Assembly: GCA_963778115.1 (NCBI GenBank)
Contig: CAVZSV010000004.1
Location: 2,304,001 to 2,368,000 of the forward strand
Direction: 5' to 3'
DNA from: an uncultured delta proteobacterium
GTDB taxonomy: Bacteria > Bdellovibrionota > FAC87 > UBA2466
Length of the DNA: 64,000 bases
Below, piece by piece: positions 9,541 to 19,810 of this stretch (positions are counted from its first letter, which is position 1; every line of letters starts with the position of its first letter). The notes under the pieces were generated by a model. It had not been told where the DNA came from. It worked only from the letters and a program-made list of their open reading frames with translations, and did no database searches. Position numbers and translations under genes: made by a program.

Positions 9541-11256
9541 ATGCGCTTGGCCTCGGCCTTTCGATTTTTGGTGATTCCTTTTATTTTACTGATCCCTTTA
9601 TTAGTGACGCCTTCGTCTATCTCCTATGCCTCATCGGCTCCCTCGGGCGCAAAGCAACCCAACAAAGACCTCCTCTCGTTGCTGTTAAGCAATGACGCCA
9701 AAGTTTATTATAATGGCCACCTCTTTCGATGGAACACCGAAAGAGAAGGCGGAATCTGGTGCCGATCGACCGATACCAAGGGCGACAAAAATCCTCATAT
9801 CGAAGACTATTTTGACGCTAAGAGATTGGTCAAACGGATCTTGGATCGCAATGGGGATAACCGTCAGGACGAAATTTTCGATTACAGCATTCCGGGTAAG
9901 ATAACCCGGAGGTTCGATAATGATTATGACGGGACGTTTAAGACCGAACAAACTAGCTTTATAGAAGGCAAGTACGTGGTGCGTATCACTAAAGCTATCA
10001 AAGGGAAAAAACATCCCAAGTGGCATGTAGTTGCTTTCGAGCGGTTTTCGGTACTGCAAGCCGATGAAGACGAAGCTCCAGATCAAAGCCTTCACAACGC
10101 ACTTAAAGAGGTTAACGGACTTAGAGGAGTGGTAAGTCCGTTTGAAAAGCTGTCCGAATTGGACGACAAGTTCGTATCTACTAGTTATGGTTTTAAGATC
10201 GAAAAGACCTGTTTGGATGCGTATCCCAAACTTGGGGAAGTGTTTCACAAAACTCTTTCGCAAGGGGTGGCGTGCTTATGGAAGTTGGGAGAGAGCGATA
10301 AAGACGCTACTGAGGCGAAAATTCACGTCGCTAAGATCGGAACTTTACTCGATAATGACCCTCGTCCTCGTTTAGTTTGCTCGTTGCCGGACAACGAAGT
10401 GTGGGGGAAACGGGATGGGGTTTCCGCTACTAGCCCCGCTGACCCGTGGGTAGGTCTTAACCCAGAATTTCTTCAGTCGTCGTCAGTACGCAAAGTACAA
10501 CAGAACTTGTTTCACGAAATCTTTCATCCCTTGGGATTTGAGCATGAGAATTCCGTCGATTACCCTTATGCTTGTTCTTACTGCTGTTTTCCCGACGAAA
10601 CCAAAGATGCCGCTGACGTTGCCAAGAGAGAAAAGATAGTGAAGCTTGCGTGTGATATTTGCAAGACGAGTTACACCGGGGTTTCCGATTATCATTATCT
10701 AGATAAGATGGCCGAGTTTCTTCCGTTGATTCGAAAATCTCATCATGGCTTGAAGCCACTCTTAAGATTCATCAAAGAGTATAAGGGACAGGAAGCCGTC
10801 CTCCCCGAAATCAGAAGGATTCAGTTAGCTTTAGTGAAGGCTTTTGGTGCCACTTTCGAAATACCCGTGGGGATTGAGCTTGCGAACCGATTCAAGCCGC
10901 AAAACGATAAAGAAAAAGCCGTACTCAGAGAGATCTATAAATATTCGAGTCGATCCTGGCCCAAGGAATATGCATCCCAGGCAAAAGCGTTTGCCGACGG
11001 AATGGGCCAATGGGTGGACGGGGATCTTGATGCCGCTGCTCAAACGATTGCTGGGATCAAGTATCCTGACGCCAAAGTGTTAGAGCCAAAGTTTCAAGCC
11101 TTTGCTCCTCATATTGAGATGTCGTTTGATCGGTCACGATTGAGGTTGGCCGAATTGATCTATGATGCTTACCGTACTGACGGCGCAGACGAAAAGGCTA
11201 AGCAGTTCGATGAAAAGGTGATACAGCCACTATCCGCTCAAATAGGAGCCTGGTGA
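9541..11256 (+). CDS. Secreted protein with metzincin-like zinc-binding motif and DxDxDG-type Ca-binding loops
   Basis: Signal peptide; HEIFHPLGFEH (HExxHxxGxxH); DRNGDNRQDE and DNDYDG. Confidence 0.65.
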   Translation: MRLASAFRFLVIPFILLIPLLVTPSSISYASSAPSGAKQPNKDLLSLLLSNDAKVYYNGHLFRWNTEREGGIWCRSTDTKGDKNPHIEDYFDAKRLVKRILDRNGDNRQDEIFDYSIPGKITRRFDNDYDGTFKTEQTSFIEGKYVVRITKAIKGKKHPKWHVVAFERFSVLQADEDEAPDQSLHNALKEVNGLRGVVSPFEKLSELDDKFVSTSYGFKIEKTCLDAYPKLGEVFHKTLSQGVACLWKLGESDKDATEAKIHVAKIGTLLDNDPRPRLVCSLPDNEVWGKRDGVSATSPADPWVGLNPEFLQSSSVRKVQQNLFHEIFHPLGFEHENSVDYPYACSYCCFPDETKDAADVAKREKIVKLACDICKTSYTGVSDYHYLDKMAEFLPLIRKSHHGLKPLLRFIKEYKGQEAVLPEIRRIQLALVKAFGATFEIPVGIELANRFKPQNDKEKAVLREIYKYSSRSWPKEYASQAKAFADGMGQWVDGDLDAAAQTIAGIKYPDAKVLEPKFQAFAPHIEMSFDRSRLRLAELIYDAYRTDGADEKAKQFDEKVIQPLSAQIGAW

Positions 11257-12215
11257 GATATTGAGTCGAGACTTGCCATCATCTGCGCGTCTTCAGACCA
11301 CGCCACATTTTCGGCCGTAAGTAGCTTCTCACCGACAAAGATCGAATTGGCCCCTACGGCAAAACAGCGTTTCTGTTCTTCCACACTTAAGGTATTTCTC
11401 CCAGCACTTAGGCGTACGCGCGATTTAGGCATTAAGATTCGGGCAATAGCCACCATTCGCAAAAAGTCTTCGAAAGGAACCGATTCCGAAATTTGCAGAG
11501 GGGTTCCCTCGATAGGAACCAAAAGATTTACGGGGACACTTTCTGGGTGAGGATTGAGCGACGCCAATTCGACAAGCATCGCCGCGCGATCTTTAATGGA
11601 CTCTCCCATCCCTAAAATTCCCCCACAACACAACTGAACTCCCGCACGCCTCGCATTGCGAAGGGTGTTAAGTCTATCGTCGTAGGTTCGGGTAGTAATA
11701 ATTTTCGGATAAAACTCTCGGCTCGTATCCAGGTTATGGTTGTAGGCAGTAAGGCCAGCGGTTTTAAGTTGCGTGAGCTGCTCTTCACTCGCCATTCCAA
11801 GCGTGCAACACACTTCCATCCCAAGATGGGAGACTCCTTCGACCATGGACAGAATTTTCTGGAATCGACCGTCCGAAGGAATGTCTCGCCACGCAGCTCC
11901 CATACAAAACCGAGTGGCCCCGTTCTCTTTGGCCTGCCTTGCCGTGTCGAGAACCCGATCTACAGATAACAAAGGCTCAGTACTTAGGTTGGTTTTGAAA
12001 TGAGCACTTTGGGAACAGTAACCGCAGTCTTCCGGACAAGCTCCCGTTTTAACGCTGAGAAGCATGCATTGCTGGACGTCTTGGGCGGCGTACTTCTGAT
12101 GAAGCTGGGTTGCCCTGTGGCACACCTGTTCCAAGGGTAAGGCAAAAATTCCCAGAACCTCGTCAAGGTTCCAGTTGTAACGGATATCGGAGGAGCTCGG
12201 GTCTAAAATCGCCAT
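11238..12215 (-). CDS. bioB: Biotin synthase
   Basis: KTGACPEDCGYCSQSA radical SAM motif, YNHNLDTS, CCGGILGMGE, PESVPVN, RLSAGR. Confidence 0.97.
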   Translation of the reverse strand: MAILDPSSSDIRYNWNLDEVLGIFALPLEQVCHRATQLHQKYAAQDVQQCMLLSVKTGACPEDCGYCSQSAHFKTNLSTEPLLSVDRVLDTARQAKENGATRFCMGAAWRDIPSDGRFQKILSMVEGVSHLGMEVCCTLGMASEEQLTQLKTAGLTAYNHNLDTSREFYPKIITTRTYDDRLNTLRNARRAGVQLCCGGILGMGESIKDRAAMLVELASLNPHPESVPVNLLVPIEGTPLQISESVPFEDFLRMVAIARILMPKSRVRLSAGRNTLSVEEQKRCFAVGANSIFVGEKLLTAENVAWSEDAQMMASLDSISHQAPI

Positions 12216-12306
12216 AGGGGATGATTTATCGCCTGAAGGGGGGATCGTAAAGGCGAAAAGGGCTTAAAAGGCCAGAGCTAGCGCTAGGGTGAGTTGTCAA
12301 AAGGCC

Positions 12307-12335
12307 TTGATCCCCCCTAAGTTAGCCTCTAAAGT
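12307..12335 (+). promoter_or_regulatory. Putative sigma70 promoter for alaS
   Basis: TTGATC-17 bp-TAAAGT, ending 18 nt before the alaS ATG. Confidence 0.45.
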
Positions 12336-12353
12336 GTTAATGCGGCGGTTCAA

Positions 12354-15024
12354 ATGAAATCAGTAGAAATTAGAGAGACATTCCTTAAATTTTTCGAAAA
12401 CTACCACCACCAGCGGGTCAAGAGTTCGAGCCTTATTCCGGCGGCCGATCCCACGCTACTCTTTACCAATGCCGGGATGGTACAGTTCAAAGACAACTTT
12501 CTGGGGCTAACCGATTCGGGGTACTGACGAGCGACCACCTGCCAGAAGTGCGTCCGTGCCGGTGGCAAACATAACGATCTGGAAAATGTGGGCTTCACCG
12601 CACGCCACCATACCTTCTTTGAGATGCTGGGCAACTTCTCCTTCGGAGACTACTTCAAAAAGGATGCGATCAGTTTCGCGTGGGAATTGATTACCAAGTA
12701 CTACCATATTCCCACCGATCGTCTTCGTGTCACCGTTTTCGAGAAAGACGATGAAGCTTTTGAGCTTTGGAAAGCCCAAGGCATTAGACCCGACTGGATC
12801 GGTCGACTAGGAGAGAAAGACAATTTTTGGGCAATGGGAGACACTGGACCTTGTGGTCCGTGTTCTGAGATTTATTACGATTTTGGAGAGAAGCACGGTT
12901 GCCAAAAACCCGAGTGCGCTCCCGGCTGCGATTGCACGCGATTTCTAGAAATTTGGAATTTGGTTTTCATGCAGTTCAATCGGGACATCAGTGGAAAGAT
13001 GACCCCACTTCCTAAGCCTAGCGTCGATACTGGTGCTGGACTGGAACGTATTTCAGCCGTGCTCCAAGGAGTTTTTAGCAATTACGATACCGATCTCTTT
13101 GAGCCGCTCTTTGCGGCGATCACTCGAGTGACGGGCCATAAATATCACGCGAAGGAAGACGCTGATGTTTCGATGCGTGTTATTGCGGATCACATCCGCT
13201 CCGGTACTTTCTTGCTTTCGGATGGAGTAACTCCCAGCAACGAAGGAAGAGGATACGTCTTGAGACGCATCTTGCGTCGGGCGATTCGTCACGGGAAAAA
13301 ATTAGGTCAGGATAAACCGTTCCTTCATCTATTGGTGGGAGATGTTTGCGAACTCTTTGCGGGTGTTTACCCGGAACTCTTGAAGCATCGCAAAGCAATC
13401 GAAGTGATGCTGAAGGAGGAGGAAGAACGTTTTCACGAAACCCTTCATCGCGGGATGGGAATTCTCGAAGAGGCGATGGAGAAGGTTAAGGCCAAAAAAG
13501 GAAACGTCCTTCCCGGGGAAGTTACTTTCAAGCTGTACGACTCATTCGGATTTCCGTTCGATTTGGTCCAGGTCATTGCCAAAGAGAATGGCCTTGATGT
13601 CGACGAAAAAGAGTTTGAACTCCTCATGGACAAGCAGCGCAGTCAGAGTGCTTGGAATCGGGGGGACGACGCGGTTTTGATGGAGAACCTCGGCAAGGCC
13701 ATCGACTCGAAAAAATGGGAGACCCCTTTTCTTGGTTATGACAAACGTATGCACGCCAAAGCCGAATGTCTCATGGCGTTGACGGCGGAGGGCTATACCG
13801 TTACGGGGTTAGAGACCGGAACCACAGGATTTCTTATTTTCAAAGAGACTCCCTTTTATGCGGAGAGCGGCGGACAAGTCGGCGACAAAGGAGAAGTGAA
13901 ATCGCCTTCGGGAACGGCCCAAGTGACCTCTACTTTCAAAATGGGCAAAGTCATTCTCCACCGGGTTCAAGTCACCCAAGGAAAGGTGGAAAGTGGCAAG
14001 CAGTGTGATTCTTTTGGTGGATCCCAAACAGCGCCATTATACGGCGATCAACCACACCGGAACGCATATGCTTCACGCAGCCCTTAGAACGGTGCTGGGA
14101 GAGCGCGTGAAACAGGCGGGCTCACTCGTGGAACCCGATAGGCTCCGATTCGATTTTACCTATCCTAGAGGAATGACCGCCGAAGAGGTGGCTAAAGTGG
14201 AAGAGATTATCAACACTGAAGTGGCGGCGGACGAAGCAGTGACGACGAAAGAGATGGCTTTCGACGATGCCATTAAAAGTGGAGCTTTGGCTTTTTTTGA
14301 CGAAAAGTACGGAGATAGAGTTCGAGTCGTTCGGGTGGGAGGCGACTCCAAAGCTTTTAGTGTCGAATTGTGCGGGGGAACGCATCTGAGTCGGACCTCT
14401 GAGGTCGGCATGTTTAAGATTCTTGCCGAGTCGTCGGTGGCCAGCGGAGTCAGGCGTATCGAGGCCATCACCTCAGTGACCGCTATCACTTACTTGAGGA
14501 AGCGCCATGAAGTCTTGTCTCTCATTGAAGAGAAGTTAAATTCTCGGGGAGAGGCTGCTTCGAGCAAAGTCGATCAGATGATGACACAGCTAAAAACGCT
14601 TCAGCGCGAAAATGAATCGCTTAAGATCAAAGTGGCACAGGCCGGCAGCCGCGGGGATGGTGGCGGCGGAGCACTATTCGACAAAGCGTTTGAGGTTCCC
14701 AACAAAGGCATCAAAGCTGTCGTTGAAGTGGTGGAAGCTGACAATCCCAAAGTGTTGCGAGCTTTGGTTGATCAAGTTCGCGATAAGCTAAAAGAGAAAG
14801 TGATTGTGGTCCTCGCGGCCAAGGTCGATGGAAGAGTTTCTCTGTGTGTCGGAATCTCAAAAGATCTTGTCGGAAAATTCGATGCCTCCAAGCTAATCCA
14901 GCCTCTGGCGACGGGCTTAGGAGGAACGGGCGGAGGAAAAGCGGATTTTGCACAGGCGGGAGGCTCTCGTCCCGAAGTGCTAAACGAGGTTTTGAATCAA
15001 TTCCGCCGGGAGCTGGGAAAATAA
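12354..15024 (+). CDS. alaS: Alanine--tRNA ligase, interrupted as sequenced by an in-frame TGA (12525-12527) and a +1 indel near 14010
   Basis: [14 protein letters not shown]...[86 protein letters not shown]. Confidence 0.93.
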
Positions 15025-15049
15025 AAAAAAATAGAAAATCAACCATCTC

Positions 15050-16120
15050 ATGGACACTCTAGATCGCTTTCTTGTTAAGGAGTTTTTCGCCTATTTCGGC
15101 CTGGTCCTATTGGGCCTTGCGGCTGTCTTTCTTGGGATCGATTTTCTTACCAAGTTTTGGGAAATCAACATGCCGGTGGCGAGTATCTTCGCGCTTTATG
15201 GCTATAAATTGCCGGCGGCGATCCAGAAATTTGTACCGGTTGCGTGTTTAATGGCGACTCTGCTGGTCCTCTCAGGGATGTCCCGCCAAAATGAGATCTT
15301 GGCCTTGTACTCTAGCGGGATTGGAACTCTACGACTGATTTCCACCTTTATTGCGATAGCAGCCACGATTAGCACCGTGTCCTTCTTAGTTTTCGATTCT
15401 TTGGTCCCCGCATTCGCCAAAAGAGAGATCATGTTGAACCGCGGGCTCGATCCGTCCCAGGACTTTCTTTTGAATCAGAACTCTTCCGGATTTTGGTACC
15501 GCAGTGGCAAGATTATCTATAACGTGGGCCGCTTTATCCCCGAAACTAACACTCTGGAAGATGTGAAGGTCTACCTGCTTAATCCGTCATTCGAGCTAGT
15601 GGAGACTATGCATGCCAAGCGGGCCGTCTATGTAGGCAATGACTGGGAATTGCACGACGGCTACTCAGTAGTCTATCCGGTCCGTACTCGCTTTCCGACG
15701 GAGACGGCCTTTAAGATCAAACGTGGCCTTATTCCCGAGAAGCCCGGAGATTTTAAAACCCTCAAGATCGAAGATGAGACGATGCGGTTAAAAGATCTAC
15801 GGCTTAATATCGCCCGAAACCATTCTTACGGACTCGATACCACTTCCCAGCAGGTAAGCTATCATCAGCGGTTGGCTCTGGTCTTTACCCCTCTTATTTT
15901 TGTGCTTCTGGGGATCCCTTTTGCCATTCGCCCTCTTAAGACGCATTCGTTTGCGCGAAGCATCGGCTTTTGCTTCCTTGTGGTATTCGCCTATCTCCTC
16001 ATGTTCCAGATGTCGCTATCCGTAGGAAAAGGGGGGCATATCCCACCGGTAATCGCCGGTTGGGCGCCCAATGTGATCTTTCTCGCCCTGTCAGGCGTCT
16101 TTATTGTAAGAAAAATGTAG
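15050..16120 (+). CDS. LPS export ABC transporter permease, LptF/LptG family
   Basis: LDRFL N-terminus, SRQNEILALYSSG, periplasmic domain, IAGWAPN C-terminus; LptG-like. Confidence 0.85.
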   Translation: MDTLDRFLVKEFFAYFGLVLLGLAAVFLGIDFLTKFWEINMPVASIFALYGYKLPAAIQKFVPVACLMATLLVLSGMSRQNEILALYSSGIGTLRLISTFIAIAATISTVSFLVFDSLVPAFAKREIMLNRGLDPSQDFLLNQNSSGFWYRSGKIIYNVGRFIPETNTLEDVKVYLLNPSFELVETMHAKRAVYVGNDWELHDGYSVVYPVRTRFPTETAFKIKRGLIPEKPGDFKTLKIEDETMRLKDLRLNIARNHSYGLDTTSQQVSYHQRLALVFTPLIFVLLGIPFAIRPLKTHSFARSIGFCFLVVFAYLLMFQMSLSVGKGGHIPPVIAGWAPNVIFLALSGVFIVRKM

Positions 16121-16162
16121 TTCTGCCTATAATAGTCCGCTAGAGACGGTATAGAGAAGGCT

Positions 16163-16669
16163 ATGGCGATTTTAGAGATTCTTAAATATCCCGACCCCCG
16201 GCTACAGGAGATTTCCGAATCGGTGGAAGAGTTCGATGCACGGCTCCATGAGCTATTGGATTCCATGGCGGAGACGATGTATTCAGCCGATGGAATAGGA
16301 CTGGCAGCGCCTCAAGTGGACCGTTTGGCTCGTATCTTTATCATTGATATCGGTTCTCAGGACGAAAACCACCAGCGTATCTACGAATTTATCAATCCCG
16401 TTCTTTCCAACGGCGAGGGCAAGATCATTTTTGAGGAAGGCTGTTTAAGTGTTCCCGGCATTGCCGAAGAGGTGCAGCGTAAACAGAGTATTACGGTGAA
16501 CTTCCAAGATCGTACGGGAAAGCCGCAAACGATGGAAGCCCAGGGCTTGCTTGCGGTAGCCATCCAGCATGAAAACGATCACTTAGATGGGACCCTCTTC
16601 GTGGATAGGCTTTCGCCGCTCAAGCGCAGATTTGTGAAGCGAAAGCTCTCTAAAGTGGTTACGTTGTAG
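16163..16669 (+). CDS. def: Peptide deformylase
   Basis: GIGLAAPQ, EGCLS, QHENDHLDG. Confidence 0.97.
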   Translation: MAILEILKYPDPRLQEISESVEEFDARLHELLDSMAETMYSADGIGLAAPQVDRLARIFIIDIGSQDENHQRIYEFINPVLSNGEGKIIFEEGCLSVPGIAEEVQRKQSITVNFQDRTGKPQTMEAQGLLAVAIQHENDHLDGTLFVDRLSPLKRRFVKRKLSKVVTL

Positions 16670-16671
16670 GT

Positions 16672-17628
16672 ATGTCACTTCGCTACGTATTTATGGGAAG
16701 TCCGGGATTAGCCGCCACTATCCTAGAGACCCTTTGTACCGAGCTATATCCTCCGGTGGCGGTGGTAACCCAAACCGCTAAAGCTCAGGGGCGCGGCCAT
16801 AAGGTAATCCCTACCGAAGTGGAACGCTTTGCTCGAACGCAAGACCTAAACCTTTTTAGTACCGACGATATCAACGCACCGGCGACGGTGGGAGCCCTGA
16901 AGCCCTTCGATCCCGACCTCATTCTTGTGGCCGCTTTCGGGCAGATTTTTCGTGCTGAGGTTTTAGCCCTTCCCAAAAAATACTGCCTAAATGTTCATGC
17001 CTCCCTCCTGCCCTCTTATAGAGGCGCAGCCCCAGTTCAGCGGGCCATTTGGAACGGTGAAAGGCAGACGGGGGTAACGATTCAAAAGATGGCAAAGAAA
17101 CTCGATGCGGGCGACATCTTGATCCAGAAAACGATTCCTATTCTTCCTGAGGATACCTCTCATGATCTGCTCATAAAATTGGCCCGCCTGGGAGCGGAAG
17201 CTTTGTGCGAATCCGTAAGATTAATCGAATCGGGCAAGGAAACTTTTACGGCGCAAGAGGAGGCCTTGGCGAGCTTTGCCCCTAAGATCGAAAAATCCGA
17301 TAGCCCTTTAGATTGGTCAAAAAGTGCCGAGTCGCTTGGCAATCAGATACGGGCTTTGCAGCCCTGGCCGGTGGCGGAAACTCAATTGGGAAAGGACAGG
17401 CTGCGGGTGTTTAAGGCCAAAGTGGAGCAACGATCTCCACTTCCCAATGCGGCACCCGGCTCGGTATTTACCGACGCAAAGACTTATCTATCGGTCCAGT
17501 GCGGTGACGGAAAGGTCCTCTCCTTGACAGAGATCCAGCTCGAGAATAGAAAAAGACTCGAAATTAATCAGTTTCTGATGGCCTACAGAGGGTCTTTTCC
17601 CTACTCCAGCATGGGTTTCGTGAAATGA
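16672..17628 (+). CDS. fmt: Methionyl-tRNA formyltransferase
   Basis: FMGSP, NVHASLLPSYRGAAPVQ, LDAGDI, IRALQPWP; follows def. Confidence 0.96.
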   Translation: MSLRYVFMGSPGLAATILETLCTELYPPVAVVTQTAKAQGRGHKVIPTEVERFARTQDLNLFSTDDINAPATVGALKPFDPDLILVAAFGQIFRAEVLALPKKYCLNVHASLLPSYRGAAPVQRAIWNGERQTGVTIQKMAKKLDAGDILIQKTIPILPEDTSHDLLIKLARLGAEALCESVRLIESGKETFTAQEEALASFAPKIEKSDSPLDWSKSAESLGNQIRALQPWPVAETQLGKDRLRVFKAKVEQRSPLPNAAPGSVFTDAKTYLSVQCGDGKVLSLTEIQLENRKRLEINQFLMAYRGSFPYSSMGFVK

Positions 17629-18293
17629 GTCTCCCCAAAATAGAAATTGCGCCTTCCCTTTTGGCTTGCGATCTTTCGAAGCTGGGAGAGGAAATTCGTG
17701 CGGTGGAAAAAGCGGGAGTTGACGTGCTTCACTTCGACGTCATGGACGGCCACTTCGTTCCGAATATTACTTTTGGATTTCCCGTGATTCAAAGTGTTCG
17801 AAAAATCACGAAGTTACCCTTTGATGCTCATCTGATGATTGAGGATGCGGATAGGTATTTGGAAGAGTTTCAAAAGGCGGGATGTAATTGGTTGTCGGTT
17901 CATGTGGAGGCGTGTCCCCACATCCAACGCACATTGACTCGCATTCGCGAACTAGGGATGAAAGCCGGTGTGGCCCTCAACCCCGGCACTTCGATAGCGA
18001 CCCTGGACTCGGTTTTGGATTTTTCAGACTATATTCTTGTGATGAGCGTCAATCCCGGCTTCGGCGGCCAGAAGTTTATTTCGACCTCATTCGAAAAAGT
18101 GCGTGAAGTGAAGGTTCGGATTGGAAAGCGTCCCGTTCGTATCCAGATCGATGGAGGGATTAAAGACTTAAACATCGCAGAGGCCGCCGCTAGTGGTGCT
18201 GAAATCATGGTCGTAGGGACAGGCCTTTTTGGAGCGTCGGACTATACCTCCCAGGTGAAGCTGTTAAGAGAAAAAGCGGGAGCTAAGGCGTGA
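17625..18293 (+). CDS. rpe: Ribulose-phosphate 3-epimerase
   Basis: IAPSLL, HFDVMDGHFVPN, DAHLMI, MSVNPGFGGQKF, IQIDGG. Confidence 0.97.
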   Translation: MSLPKIEIAPSLLACDLSKLGEEIRAVEKAGVDVLHFDVMDGHFVPNITFGFPVIQSVRKITKLPFDAHLMIEDADRYLEEFQKAGCNWLSVHVEACPHIQRTLTRIRELGMKAGVALNPGTSIATLDSVLDFSDYILVMSVNPGFGGQKFISTSFEKVREVKVRIGKRPVRIQIDGGIKDLNIAEAAASGAEIMVVGTGLFGASDYTSQVKLLREKAGAKA

Positions 18294-19807
18294 TCTCTCT
18301 CGACGGCAATTCGCTTACCTTAGAGACGTTCCACGAAATTACCCATAAGGGCGAAAAAGTTTCTTTCGATGAGAAATCGCGCGCGCGCGTTGTCAAATCG
18401 CGGCTGGTTGTTGAAAAAGCGATTCAAAAAGGCGATCGCATCTACAGCATCAATACCGGTTTTGGAATTTTGAGCAAGGTCAGTATTTCCGACAAAGACC
18501 TCAACGAACTTCAAGACAATATCGTGCGCAGTCACTGTGCTTGCGTCGGCGATCCCCATCCCGAAAACGAAGCACGGGGGATTGTACTTCTGCGCGCCAA
18601 TGTCTTGGCCAAGGGATATTCGGGGGTAAGGCCAGAAGTGGTCGATCTATTGGTGGAGATGCTTAATCGAGGCGTGACTCCTGTCATTCCCATGAAAGGC
18701 TCGGTCGGAGCCAGCGGTGATTTAGCTCCCTTGGCCCATTTAGCGGTGGTGCTCATCGGAGAGGGAGAGGCTTTTTTTCAGGGCAATCGGATGACGGGCG
18801 GACAAGCGCTCGAGAAAGCGGGGCTAAAGCCTCTGCGTTTAGCGCCCAAAGAGGGGCTTTCTCTGATTAATGGCACTCAACAAATGACATCCCAGGGATC
18901 GACGACACTTCTGCGTTCGGAAGCTTTGGTGGAATTGGCCGATCTCATCTCAACAGCAACACTTGAGGGAATTTTAGGAAGCCATCGCGCTTATAGTGAT
19001 TGGGTTCAAAAGACTCGTCCTTTCCCTGGACAAATGGCTACGGCCAGACGTCTTAGAAGTTATATGGAAGACAGCGAGATCTATCAAAGTCACCTGACGT
19101 GTGACCGAGTTCAAGATCCATACTCGCTTCGTTGCGTTCCCCAAGTTCATGGCTCCGTCCGCGATTTACTTTTTCACGTGCGCAACGTGCTTTCCATCGA
19201 AATGAATTCCGCCACCGACAATCCCCTGGTTAACGGGGAAACGGGCGAAATTATCTCTGGAGGAAATTTTCACGGTCAGCCTATCGCTTTTGCTTTGGAT
19301 ATTTTGGGGATGGCGGTTGCTGAATTGGCGAGCATATCGGAGCGGCGTATCGTTAAACTTTTGAATCCTGTCTTTAGCGAGCTTCCCACTTTTCTCATCC
19401 GCAATGAAGGATTGAACTCTGGTTTTATGATCCCTCAGTACACGGCGGCGTCGCTGGTCGCGGAAAACCGTATCCTCTGTCATCCGGGCTCCACCGATTC
19501 GATTTCGACCAACAACGACAAAGAAGACCACGTGAGTATGGGTCCCAACTGTGCTCGCAAAGCAAAAATGATTTTAGAAAACACCGAATATGTGTTGGCC
19601 ATTGAGGCGTTAGCAGCCTGTCAGGCGCTGGAATTTCGAAAACCACTAAAACCTGGAAAAGGCCCATCCTATTTGTATCGTGCGATTCGCGAAAAGGTCC
19701 CCGCTCTGGAAAAAGATAGAGTATTGACTCCCGATATCGAAGCGGTCGCTCTGATGATTCGTTCGGGCTCTTTGTACGAAGGGCTTCTCCAGGAAGGGCT
19801 CATCTAA
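18290..19807 (+). CDS. hutH: Histidine ammonia-lyase
   Basis: YSINTGFG, RSH, MIO-forming GSVGASGDLAPL, VQDPYSLRC, GGNFHG, EDHVSMG. Confidence 0.95.
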   Translation: MISLDGNSLTLETFHEITHKGEKVSFDEKSRARVVKSRLVVEKAIQKGDRIYSINTGFGILSKVSISDKDLNELQDNIVRSHCACVGDPHPENEARGIVLLRANVLAKGYSGVRPEVVDLLVEMLNRGVTPVIPMKGSVGASGDLAPLAHLAVVLIGEGEAFFQGNRMTGGQALEKAGLKPLRLAPKEGLSLINGTQQMTSQGSTTLLRSEALVELADLISTATLEGILGSHRAYSDWVQKTRPFPGQMATARRLRSYMEDSEIYQSHLTCDRVQDPYSLRCVPQVHGSVRDLLFHVRNVLSIEMNSATDNPLVNGETGEIISGGNFHGQPIAFALDILGMAVAELASISERRIVKLLNPVFSELPTFLIRNEGLNSGFMIPQYTAASLVAENRILCHPGSTDSISTNNDKEDHVSMGPNCARKAKMILENTEYVLAIEALAACQALEFRKPLKPGKGPSYLYRAIREKVPALEKDRVLTPDIEAVALMIRSGSLYEGLLQEGLI

Positions 19808-19810
19808 TTT

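Noticed and set aside
9685..10263. Long antisense ORFs (e.g. 9685-10263, 27672-28160, 51101-51595)
   Set aside because: They are shadows of well-supported genes on the opposite strand and have no recognisable motifs
12525..12570. Selenocysteine or TGA reassignment in alaS
   Set aside because: The position is not a conserved Cys/Trp/Gly site, no convincing SECIS hairpin follows, and TGA terminates other genes in the window
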